DNA of 63,914 bases, counting the filler, from Olpidium bornovanus S191 (taxonomy: Eukaryota > Fungi > Olpidiomycota): NCBI GenBank assembly GCA_017911155.1. It is 28 parts of 28 records of this genome, joined end to end, with 100 filler letters (N's around TTAATTAATTAA, not from the genome) between each part and the next. Parts side by side here need not be neighbours in the genome. Positions count along the whole stretch, not along the records: positions 1 to 2,717 come from JAEFCI010004232.1; positions 2,818 to 4,020 come from JAEFCI010002142.1; positions 4,121 to 5,735 come from JAEFCI010008514.1; positions 5,836 to 7,772 come from JAEFCI010009884.1; positions 7,873 to 10,827 come from JAEFCI010002207.1; 23 more parts are not named here. The stretch is one strand, 5' to 3'. Each line of letters starts with the position of its first letter. Position 1 is the first letter of the stretch. The notes below the pieces were generated by a model. The model did not search any database, had not been told where the DNA came from, and saw only the letters and a list, made by a program, of their open reading frames with translations. Made by a program: the position numbers and the translations under genes. Positions 1-10,927 of the stretch are shown piece by piece.

Positions 1-43
1 CCATGGAGACGAATCTGAGCAGCACGTTGCGAAGCGAAGCAGG

Positions 44-2287
44 GTGCCTGACGAAGATGCTTCCGGCGACAGCGGCAGCAAGCGCGAGTTATGTCAAACA
101 AAGGGTTCGATTCCCGGTGAATATACTTTCGCGTCGGAGATCGAGACCCACATAGCGTGTTGCTCTCCCGACATCACGCTTCCGGGCTCCCTTCGGCACG
201 TCGTCAACCCCGACCGCTCCTGGATCGATGTTCTCGGGCGTGATTCGTTCTCTGGGGAAAGCATGGATTTTCTTCTGCGTGGGGTGGAAGATCCCCTGGC
301 CGCAGGCTATATTGCGGGCACAATACATCAATCTCTGCGCATGCACTGCGCCCGTTTAAGCCTTGGGCGCGAGCTGACTGCCGAAGAGTCGGAAGGATTG
401 TGCCAAGCTGTCAACAGGGGCGCCTGGTCTTACGCGATGAAAAAGATCACACCGACAGCGGCCAACGCTGAACTCAATCGTCACTATCAATTGGTGTGCA
501 ACGGGATCGCCGACGCTTTTGCCGCGCTTGGCAAGCGGCAAATGGGTCAAGCCGGGCAGACCGCTGAGGACAAAGCCCTTTCCGAGCAGAAGGACGTGGC
601 GGCGCAGACGCAAACGGGCGCGGATGCGACCGTCTACGCCGACGTGACCGTGGACGACAGCGAACCCATATCATTGTCCGAGTCGTCCGACAACGAAGAC
701 GTACTGGAAGGAGACACGCTGGTGGCGGCGCGGTACGCCGGAATTGCTGCGCCGGCGTCGCGCGTCGCCTCGGCCTGCCCGCCCGCGCGGGAGAGCGAAC
801 GCCTGCCCTGCCCTATTGCCAATTTTTCTTTTCCCGAGACTGGCAGCGGCGGTGACGTGGATGTTTTCTGGGGCCATGGTGAATTATGCAACGGGAAGAA
901 TTGCGGATTGCTCGAGGCCATTCAGGCGAAGTTTGGCGACGTGAACGCGGTCGTCGAAAACGGAGCGGACGAGAATTACGATCCCGGCGACGACATCGAC
1001 GGCGGGGGGGTCGCCGGGAACGATGAGGAAGTAGGACATGGCACGAGCGGCGGCGGCGCGAACGGCCCCTTCGTCGACGCCGAGATGGGTGAAAGCGAAG
1101 CCGCGGCGGGCGCGGCCGTCGGCTTTGCTGCAGCATCGGGGCACGAGCTAGGCGACAGACAGCCTGAGCTTCCCGCCCGTGCTGTGGAAGAACCCGACCA
1201 AGGTGAGAAGGAAAACCTTGCCAAAGAACAACCCGGCCCGGGCTTCGAAGTCGCGGACCCGGATTATGTGAGCGAAAGCGACCTGTTCCTGGTGCCCTCG
1301 GTGGCCGTGTTCGAGGGATACGGCGACGGGGCAGGAACGAAACGTGACCTTATCGTCGACTCCGAAGACGACTGGAACATGGGGGAAAGCGGCGGGGCCG
1401 CATGCCAGGGAAAGAAACTGAATATGGATTCCGAGGACGACGACTGGTCCGTGGAGGAAGGCGGGGAAGTAGATTCCGATTCGGACGCTCGGCCCGTGCA
1501 AGTTCGTCCGCACGAGTTTGAAATGGGATCCCGAAAGAACCCAGGAGTGGACTCCGAAAACGATAGCTGGCCGGAGGAGGAACTCGGCGAGGACGTTGGA
1601 ATGGACCCTGATGGCGACAGGCGGTTTGACGAGGAACGCCGCAAGGCGGCAGAACCGCTGACGTACTTGGAGATGGCGGAGATGGATTCCGAATCGGACG
1701 TCCGGCCCGCTGAAGTTCTCCCGCGGGACGAACTTTTCCCGCCCGAGTTCGCGATATACGACGGGGTCGCCGCCAAGAACGTTAAAATGGACCCTGATGG
1801 CGACAGCCTTTCTGACGAGGAACGCGGCAAGGCGGCTGGACCGCCGAAATCCCTGGAAATGGCAGAGATGGATTCCGAATCGGACGTCCGCCTCCCGGAA
1901 GTTGCCCCGCGCGACGAACTGGCAGACCTGTATTCCGAACCGGACGTCCGCCTTGCGGAAGTTTCCCCGCGCGACGAACTGGCAGAGATGGATTCCGAAT
2001 CGGACGTCCGCCTCGCGGAAGTTTCCCCGCGCGACGAACTTTTCCCGCCCGAGTTCGCGATATACGAAGACGACGACGGGCAGGGCGAAGCGGACTCCGG
2101 CCCGTGCGACGGGGTCGCCGGCTCCACGCCCCACCTGGCCGGCCGGAGAGTCCTTTACCCGATCGACGAAGCCGAGGCCCGAGTAAGGGACGCTATGCGG
2201 AACGGGCCGGTTGTCGACTCCTCGCCAAGCAACCCTTTCGTCACGTTGTCCACGCGGCAACGGTCCCTGACATTCATGCGCTGGTGA
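44..2287 (+). CDS. Hypothetical acidic, largely disordered protein with internal repeats (intronless, possibly 5'-partial)
   Basis: 747-codon ORF. The frame is open back to position 2 and the first in-frame ATG is at 263. D/E-rich, with repeated AEMDSESDVRxxEVxPRDEL units. No family recognised. Confidence 0.6.
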   Translation: MPDEDASGDSGSKRELCQTKGSIPGEYTFASEIETHIACCSPDITLPGSLRHVVNPDRSWIDVLGRDSFSGESMDFLLRGVEDPLAAGYIAGTIHQSLRMHCARLSLGRELTAEESEGLCQAVNRGAWSYAMKKITPTAANAELNRHYQLVCNGIADAFAALGKRQMGQAGQTAEDKALSEQKDVAAQTQTGADATVYADVTVDDSEPISLSESSDNEDVLEGDTLVAARYAGIAAPASRVASACPPARESERLPCPIANFSFPETGSGGDVDVFWGHGELCNGKNCGLLEAIQAKFGDVNAVVENGADENYDPGDDIDGGGVAGNDEEVGHGTSGGGANGPFVDAEMGESEAAAGAAVGFAAASGHELGDRQPELPARAVEEPDQGEKENLAKEQPGPGFEVADPDYVSESDLFLVPSVAVFEGYGDGAGTKRDLIVDSEDDWNMGESGGAACQGKKLNMDSEDDDWSVEEGGEVDSDSDARPVQVRPHEFEMGSRKNPGVDSENDSWPEEELGEDVGMDPDGDRRFDEERRKAAEPLTYLEMAEMDSESDVRPAEVLPRDELFPPEFAIYDGVAAKNVKMDPDGDSLSDEERGKAAGPPKSLEMAEMDSESDVRLPEVAPRDELADLYSEPDVRLAEVSPRDELAEMDSESDVRLAEVSPRDELFPPEFAIYEDDDGQGEADSGPCDGVAGSTPHLAGRRVLYPIDEAEARVRDAMRNGPVVDSSPSNPFVTLSTRQRSLTFMRW
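1861..2040 (+). repeat. 60-bp (20-codon) tandem repeat x3, with an extra dispersed copy at about 1675-1734
   Basis: The segments starting at 1861, 1921 and 1981 align nearly base for base (ggcagagatggattccgaatcggacgtccgcct...gcgacgaact). Confidence 0.97.
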
Positions 2288-2662
2288 GCCCCTCAAACAC
2301 GGAGGACGGTGGGCGCAGCGGAACCGCAGCGTACTTTCCATCTGCGCCGCCCGTCCGTCCCACCGTACGACCGCCACCCCCTACATCGGCGGGCCGATGA
2401 ATGGGGGAAAAATGATAAAAAAAAAAGAAATAAAAGAAAAAAAAAACGAAAAAAAAAAAGACAAAAAAAAAAACCAAAAAAAGGAAAAAACGAAGAAAAA
2501 AAAATTCCTTCCTTCCACGGTTCTGCACGCGGTGGGGTTCGCCCGTGCCCGTCACGCGCGTTGCCGGCCGAGATCGACGATCCTTGCCCGGTTCCTTTCT
2601 TTCCGCCCGGCGGGGCGGCGCCTCTCCTCTTCGACGCCGGTTTTGTTTACGGGTTACCGGTA

Positions 2663-2717
<55 letters not shown>

Positions 2718-2865
2718 NNNNNNNNNNNNNNNNNNNNNNNNNNNNNNNNNNNNNNNNNNNNTTAATTAATTAANNNNNNNNNNNNNNNNNNNNNNNNNNN
2801 NNNNNNNNNNNNNNNNNCATGGACAAGAGCAAGGGGCAAATCAAGAAAAATCCGGTTTTAATTTA

Positions 2866-2935
2866 AACGTCAAATCCTGCATCAAATCTTGCATTTAATC
2901 CAGCATCAAATCCCGCGTGCATCAAATCTGGTATC
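2866..2935 (-). repeat. Degenerate 12-nt periodic repeat (GCATCAAATCnn on +; reads FDAG/LNAR/FDAG/FDV on -)
   Basis: gcatcaaatctt, gcatttaatcca and gcatcaaatccc occur in tandem, with further caaatc units nearby. Confidence 0.7.
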
Positions 2936-3108
2936 AAATCCAAAGTCGTATCCGGCTTCAAATCTGGGGCTATATCCACGGTTGTGTATCCACCAGTTAT
3001 ATTGACAGGCAAATCCCGCAACAAAGACTTATCCAAAAAAAGCGTGTGCGGCGGAATGTGGGTTGGGCGGGAGGGAGAAGGGTGGGTGGAAGAAGGAGCT
3101 GTAAACAG

Positions 3109-3157
<49 letters not shown>

Positions 3158-3599
3158 AAACAAGGAAAGGAGCAAAACTGGATTGCGGAGATAATACGGG
3201 CCGGGGGAGACTGAACATAAAACGTGGGATAGGCTTCGTATTCCCGCCTCCCCCCCCCCCCTGTTGTCCGAGGCCAAAGGGGTGAGCGCACAGTAGTTGA
3301 CGTGAACGGAGAGAGGGGGCCCAGGCGCCGTAGAGTGGAACTACAGTATAACTCATCACCGTGTTCAATGAAGGGGGGAGGGGACGACGGTCCGGACTTC
3401 CCATATATGCAGATGCAGCTTTCTGGGGCGGTGGAAGACAACAACGGCGCATTCAAGACAACCAGCAAAAAAAAAAAAAAAAAAAAAAACCAGTTTAGCA
3501 ACCGGCTGACCCGCCGGCACAGGTTTCGAAACGCCGGCACACGCGTGACGACAACCAAGCAGCTTACTTTTGGCGGGGCGACCGTTGCGCGGAGCTCAC

Positions 3600-3830
3600 C
3601 GGATGGCAAACAAAAACAGCTTGCCGGCCCCCCGCGGCGATGGTATTCCGGAGGTCGTCGTCCGACTGCAGCCGGACGAAGCTGCGGCGTGGTTCGGCCT
3701 TGTGGGCCAGCACCAGGTTGTCGTGAGCGTCGAGCCGCTCGGCGGCGCGACGGACCAGCTCCGACAAACTGATGTCCGCCCGCACGTGCATCGCGATGAT
3801 GTCGTCGCTACAGATCACTTTGATTTTCAC
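3600..3830 (-). CDS. PB1-domain exon, Bem1/Scd2-like polarity scaffold (gene fragment)
   Basis: VKIKVICSDDIIAMHVRADISLSELVRRAAERLDAHDNLVLAHKAEPRRSFVRLQSDDDLRNTIAAGGRQAVFVCHP matches the fungal Bem1 PB1 pattern (basic K in strand 1, acidic SDDDL). The 231-nt segment is bounded by an AG acceptor (ctgaag) and a GTGAG donor. Confidence 0.72.
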
Positions 3831-4120
3831 CTTCAGAAGGCAAAACATGGAAAAAGGTGGGAGGGAAGAGGGGTGGGGGATGGGGGATGGCGGCGGTGCG
3901 GGGGCGAGGGGGGTATCAGATCTTAGGAACAGAAAAATGCAAGCCGGTATAAATGCGCTAAAGCATCCGGCATCGCGCCAAAAGCACGCGCAAAACCGTG
4001 TCGATCCGGCCTTTTGAGGANNNNNNNNNNNNNNNNNNNNNNNNNNNNNNNNNNNNNNNNNNNNTTAATTAATTAANNNNNNNNNNNNNNNNNNNNNNNN
4101 NNNNNNNNNNNNNNNNNNNN

Positions 4121-4814
4121 ATCTCCTTCGACACCAAGATGCCCGTACAGCCACTGTCTATGGTGGCCACCACTGGTATGTCATCTACTGTGGCGTCCAC
4201 ATCGAACGAGGCCGGCTCGCTCGCGTTCCAGCCCGTACATGGGCGCGCGCCGCCGGCGAGCGCGCCCGACTCCAGTTTTTTGGCTTCGACGGACAGGCCA
4301 CAGCGATGTGCCCGAGTTGTTTGCAGTAGAAACACGCGCCTTTTTTGCGCAGTTTTTCCTGCTCCTTCCTTTTGGACACATTGCCGGACGAGGCATTTGA
4401 CGCATCTTTTCGATCCCGAAGCTTCTCGGAGACCTTCGCAACCTTCTCGGAGGCCTTGGAGACCTTCTCGCAACGAGGATGGTCTTCGGACGCCTGCATC
4501 TTCTCTTGAAACATGATCTCGCTGAGTTCTTCGGCTTCGCGGATCACAGTTCCAAAATCGCGTACCTTCATGACGGTGAGGTCGCGACGGAGATCGGCCT
4601 TCAGACCATGCTTGTACGTTTGAAGTTTATTGGACTCCGTGAGGTCGGAGATGCAAGCGGCCAGCCGCTTGAATTCTTCCGTGTATTTCTTTGCAGAACC
4701 AGTCTGCTGAAGCTTGTGGAGCTTGACCCGCGCGTTTTCTTCCGCTTGTGGATCGCGGAAGCGGTGTAGGAATTCCCGCCGGAATTCCTCCCATCCGTAC
4801 GGGCGGTTGAGGCT
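4121..4814 (-). mobile_element. Ty3/gypsy LTR retrotransposon fragment: gag C-half with zinc knuckle, then aspartic protease in the -1 frame
   Basis: WEEFRREFLHRF...ARVKLHKLQQTGSAKKYTEEFKRLA (retrotransposon gag pattern), CFYCKQLGHIAVAC (CX2CX4HX4C) and VDATVDDIPVVATIDSGCTGILVS (protease DSG), running into the contig end. Confidence 0.93.
4241..4281 (-). other. Programmed -1 ribosomal frameshift signal (slippery heptamer plus stimulatory stem-loop)
   Basis: The gag frame reads CCA AAA AAC, giving A_AAA_AAC at 4281-4275. A 7-nt spacer TGGAGTC follows, then stem GGGCGCGC (4267-4260) pairing with GCGCGCCC (4248-4241). A -1 shift gives KKLESG... in frame with the protease. Confidence 0.85.
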
Positions 4815-4901
4815 TGTCGCTAGTATTTCCGAGCCCCTGTACCCGTAGTCCGAACCCGTAGTCCAAATAAAAAAAAACCAAGAACGCCGTAACCATCTAC
4901 A
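4815..4901 (+). mobile_element. Candidate very short (87 bp) 5' LTR of a Ty1/copia element inserted into the gypsy gag
   Basis: TGTCG...CTACA termini, internal AATAAA, immediately followed by the PBS. The left edge coincides with the loss of gag-like sequence on the minus strand. No second LTR is available to confirm. Confidence 0.55.
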
Positions 4902-5735
4902 GGTTATGAGCCCAAACCGGACTCCCTTCCCACACCCCCAAAACCCCGTCGACCCGTCAACGACTGAAGAAGGAACCATGGAGGGACAGAACCCCGTGAA
5001 GGGCACATCAGCAGACACCGTGGGACGCGGCGGACAGCAAGGAACGAAGGTAAGTGCGAGAAGCACATACCCCATGGTGTCCCAGCTCTTTGAGGACACA
5101 GGAAAGGGCGAACGCGCGGGAAGCGCCGTGCCCAGGGAAAAGGGTGACCGCGCGCGAAGCGCAGTGACCACAGGGAAGGGTGACCGCGCAGGAAACGCGG
5201 AACTTGGAGGTGCGGAAAGCGCCATCGACACGGAAAAGGGCGATCGCGCGGGAAGTGCGGGTGGCGCGCAAGGCGCAGCCACAGAAAGGGTAAGGGAGAA
5301 CCGCGTGCGAAGCGCAGGAAGCGCAGAAACACTGGAAGCACGATTTGAACGACTTCTCCTCGAACGAGAGGAGGAAAAACACGCCACCCGCGAGCAACTA
5401 AACCTTCAACGCGCACAGTTGGATGCTCAGCGGGCGCAAATGGAACAGCTAACCATCCTACTACAGCAGCAGCTGGCGGCGCCCCGAACGAGACGCCGGA
5501 GTTCCGTACCGCAGGACTTCGACGAGGACGACTACCATGACGAAACTGAATCAGTCGCTTTGTCTTCCCGGGTGCGGGAACGCCCCTCCGTCATCACTAA
5601 CCGCTCTTCTCTCAAGAGACACCCCCGCGCTCGAACTCAAACAGACCGCGGCGGACAGGAAAGCGACGACGAAGAAAGTAGCAGTCCGCACACCGCTGTG
5701 TGGCAAGTAAAACAACTGCTAGCCGATGTGCCTAA
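4902..5735 (+). mobile_element. Ty1/copia 5' internal region: PBS (half-tRNA-iMet type) and gag-like N-terminal ORF, 3'-truncated
   Basis: GGTTATGAGCCC (4902-4913) is the reverse complement of GGGCTCATAACC, the initiator-tRNA anticodon arm. The ORF runs from the ATG at 4906 to the contig end, with (G/E)KG(D/E)RAxSA repeats and a coiled coil. The same PBS is linked to copia RT at 49716. Confidence 0.75.
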
Positions 5736-5887
5736 NNNNNNNNNNNNNNNNNNNNNNNNNNNNNNNNNNNNNNNNNNNNTTAATTAATTAANNNNNNNNN
5801 NNNNNNNNNNNNNNNNNNNNNNNNNNNNNNNNNNNGGGTGCGGTCGGAGGGGCTTCGGCTTGTATGCAAGACACCGGACAGGGGCTC

Positions 5888-7623
<1,736 letters not shown>

Positions 7624-7670
7624 GCTTGTGTGCTTTGCGTGTGTCGGCGGCTGTGGCGGGCGGGGAAAGG

Positions 7671-7769
<99 letters not shown>

Positions 7770-9015
7770 GGANNNNNNNNNNNNNNNNNNNNNNNNNNNN
7801 NNNNNNNNNNNNNNNNTTAATTAATTAANNNNNNNNNNNNNNNNNNNNNNNNNNNNNNNNNNNNNNNNNNNNGACTCGCAGAAAAGCGCAGAAAAGACTT
7901 AAATGTGCAGAGAAAACAGCGGGAAAGGCAAGAGAGACATAAAGAGACCATGAAATAAACGATAATGACGCGAAAACAGCATTATTTCAACAAAACCTAC
8001 TTGGGGAAACGTTCCCCGAACCACCAACTCCGCCATAACACGAACATGGCGTACGTGGGGATGGAACGCCAGGCGGCGGCGGGCGGGGCGACGGGTGGCA
8101 GGCGGGCCAGAAAGGGGGGGGGTGGGGGGTTTGGTTTGAAGAGGGGGGGTTTCGGGTTGAACGGAGGCCCAGGAGGTCAGGTTCAAGGGGGGCTGGGAGG
8201 TTTCGGGTTGAAGGAGGAGGTTCGGGTTGACGGGGGGTGGGGGGGTGAGGGTTGAAGGAGGGGAGAGGGGGTGCAGCTCGGAAAGTTTGGAAAGGAAGGA
8301 GGTTGTGCGTAGGGAGCACATTATGGGCCAGAATAAAATTCCCCGAGAGGGGAAGTTCAACGGGAAAGAGGGACCCCAGGGGAAGTTCACCGGAAACTGA
8401 GCCCCCTTGGAAATAGATTAATGAAAGCCAGAATAAAACGTCAACGGGGCTTCCTTCCTTTTTTAAGCTTAACCTAAACCTAATACTGTATGAATATTTG
8501 GCGCCCACCTGGCTTTTTTTTACGGTTTATACCAGGGTAACCCTGGCATTTGCCGTCTGGCTCTGGATCTGGATCTGGAGACTAGGTTTGGAGTACGTAG
8601 AATACGGGATTCTGGAAAGATGTAAAGGTACGTGCTATATGCTCTTTATATAAGTGCGGCTGCCATGGCCGGCGCTGTAGCAGATATGTGGTGTGTGTGC
8701 GTGTGCGTGCACAGTGCCTTGCGTGCCGGTGTGCAATATCCGGTGCGCAACGTCTGGTACGTAATATCCGGTATTGCGGCTCTGGCACTGGCGTTGGGCT
8801 AGGAAATGCTACAAGAGCGCGGTGGAAATTCGCCACTGGCTCGGGAAAACTCCGAAGGCCACAGCGTGGGGGACATTCGACGATATTACTGCTCGGGTGC
8901 CACCACACTGGTGAGACCACGCCCGGTGAACCCACGCACACTGCCGGCGCCACCCCACCAGGGGGGGGCCCTCACACACACCATTCTTGATCTAGGTCTG
9001 GGGGCCACGTGACAT

Positions 9016-10476
9016 CGTGACTAGACACACTGGTGTGTCTGGTGGTCTCGGCGATTCCCGGGTCATGTGACCGCTGCTCGGCAGGCCGTGCCCGAGAGGG
9101 GTTTGACGCCACCTGGAGGGGTTTGATGCCACCGCAGCCGGTGCGCCGTGACAGTGCCGATGCGAGTGATGGGACAGGCGAGAGCGTGATGACTTTGACG
9201 ACTTTGATTTCCTTGTATGGTGCAAGTGGCGCAAGTGATGCGACCGATGCGAGAGGTGGTCGTCGTCGTCATTCAAAGAGCTTGACAACGAGGAGGTAGA
9301 AGGTCCTATGGAGCGGTGTTTCTCTTGATTGTGCGGCCGTTCCTGGAGTTCACGCGTTGCCTCACTGTCGTGATTCGGGTCCAGCTGTGCCGGGGTTACA
9401 CCCGGCATCGTGGCGTACCATTGCGGCATGGCGTAGTATGTCGCTGGTATGCTTTATTGCAGGTATGGAGCTTCCTTGGGGTGCGGCTCGAAACTCGAAG
9501 TATACCTAGGAGGATGCGAAAGATGCTGAGGTACAAAGTCCTGCATCGTGTCTGGGCGCACCGCGGTGCCCCAATTTTCCACCACGTTGCCCTGATTCCT
9601 AACACTTACAAAGCAGTGTAGATTGATTGGAGGAGCCGAAGGAGACGTGTCAAGTGACACCCAGCTGCTGCCGGCACCACCGAAGCGGTCGTTCCCCTCG
9701 TACTCGCTTCCAACTTTCCGGGCTGTGGCGGCTTGGTTTTCGTACTGTCCATGCTCGTGTTGCAGCGTCCGGCCAAAGAGGGGGCGTTGGTGGTCCTGTG
9801 AAAGTAACACGTCGACTGTGTCGTCGTCGTTGACGAGTTGTTCGCGAGGTCGACCTTGGGAAGGAGCAAAGACCGGCTGGGTGTCCCCTTGGCCGCGGGT
9901 GGCGCTCGGCGTTTTCCAGTTGGGAAACGGCCAGGAAAGGGGGCACCTTGTGGTGCAAGAGACGCCGCAGGCTTGGTGATTGGCGTATCAGCTGTTGTTC
10001 AGAACGAGATCGACAGTGCCGAAGTGGCACTCTCGGAGAGCTAGGCGCTGGACAGCTGCTCTGTGACGATCGGCCTGCTGCTCAGAGAGCTGCTGCTTCA
10101 ACCTGGAACGCGTGTTCCTCTTTAGAGTCTCGTCGAGAAATGACGGCACGAGTTGGCCGCCAGGCCGCTCTGCGGCTCCGCCTTTTCTCTTCATGACTTT
10201 GCTCTTATCCGTCGTTTGCTCTTATCTGTCGTTTGCATGTACACAAGCCCTCTTCTGTGGCGTCGACGGCGAAGCGCGAAGGCTGCGCTGTTCGGCGAAG
10301 CGGAGCCAGCGGAAGAGCCGCGGGGGGGTGGCGTTGGTGGCGGAACCCGAAGGATGCGCTGTTCGGCGAAGAAATGCGCGTAGCGGTGCCGCGGCGGCGG
10401 CGGCGGCGGCGGAGATGAGCGGCCGGTGAGCGATTGGAAGGCGGCCGGAAGGCGGCGGCGGCGGCGGCGGCGGCGA

Positions 10477-10508
<32 letters not shown>

Positions 10509-10803
10509 AAAGGCGGCCGGAAAGCGGCGGCCGCGGCGGAGATGAGCGGCCGGTGAGCAGCCGGAAGGCGGCCGGGCGGCGGCGGCGGCGGCGGAGCGCT
10601 TCGGACGGGGACGAGGTCAAGTCCGATTTGGGCTCATAACCTGTGGAAGGTTTGTTTGGAAAAGTGCGGACCCGGGGGGGATCTGTGAAAGTTATGTGTT
10701 TCGCCTCGTGAGGGCGTTGTATTGTACACAGGAGTTTACGCGTTATAAGGGAGTAGACATAAACATTGAGGGGTTCCAACTATACTGTCCAACACTCCCC
10801 CTT
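9016..10803 (-). mobile_element. Ty1/copia element: PPT + 153-bp LTR + PBS, followed by a decayed internal region
   Basis: On the minus strand: AAGGGGGAG (10803-10795), TGTTG...CCACA (10794-10642, containing TTATAA), GGTTATGAGCCC (10641-10630), then MSPNRT-stop. Downstream frames are interrupted and have no recognisable pol motif. The lower boundary is approximate. Confidence 0.8.
10391..10590 (+). repeat. GC-rich degenerate tandem repeat (GATGAGCGGCCGGTGAGC...GGAAGGCGGCCGG x3) mixed with (GGC)n
   Basis: Three copies of gatgagcggccggtgagc about 60-70 bp apart, inside the copia leader. Confidence 0.85.
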
Positions 10804-10927
10804 GTTGTGAACGGGTTCAAACGAGAANNNNNNNNNNNNNNNNNNNNNNNNNNNNNNNNNNNNNNNNNNNNTTAATTAATTAANNNNNNNNNNNNNNNNN
10901 NNNNNNNNNNNNNNNNNNNNNNNNNNN

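Noticed and set aside
1148-2377. Long antisense or alternative-frame ORFs overlapping real genes (also 18694-19311, 47614-48231, 57870-58763 and others)
   Set aside because: These are expected shadows of GC-rich coding sequence that is poor in stop codons. They are Arg/Pro/Ala-rich and show no motifs.
2401-2717. Poly-Lys/Phe/Pro/Gly ORFs here and at about 3110, 7670, 16210, 29260, 46440 and 54610
   Set aside because: These are translations of homopolymer tracts in introns, intergenic DNA or contig ends, with no coding signal.
2762-2773. Recurrent TTAATTAATTAA as a biological repeat or CRISPR-like array
   Set aside because: It is always centred in exactly 44+44 Ns, so it is an artificial six-frame-stop linker.
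4185-5387. The 400-aa minus-strand ORF as a single intact gag
   Set aside because: Only the part below 4815 is gag-like. The rest is antisense read-through of the copia LTR, PBS and leader.
8487-9014. Possible solo gypsy LTR (TGTATG...GTGACA with a TATA-like TTATATAA) and a tRNA-Lys-like TGGCGCCCA at about 8499
   Set aside because: No target-site duplication, no adjacent PPT or correctly placed PBS, and no second copy in the window.
10828-10927. Joining the copia LTR contig to the integrase remnant on the next contig as one element
   Set aside because: They are separated by an artificial spacer and the contigs are unordered, so adjacency is uninformative.
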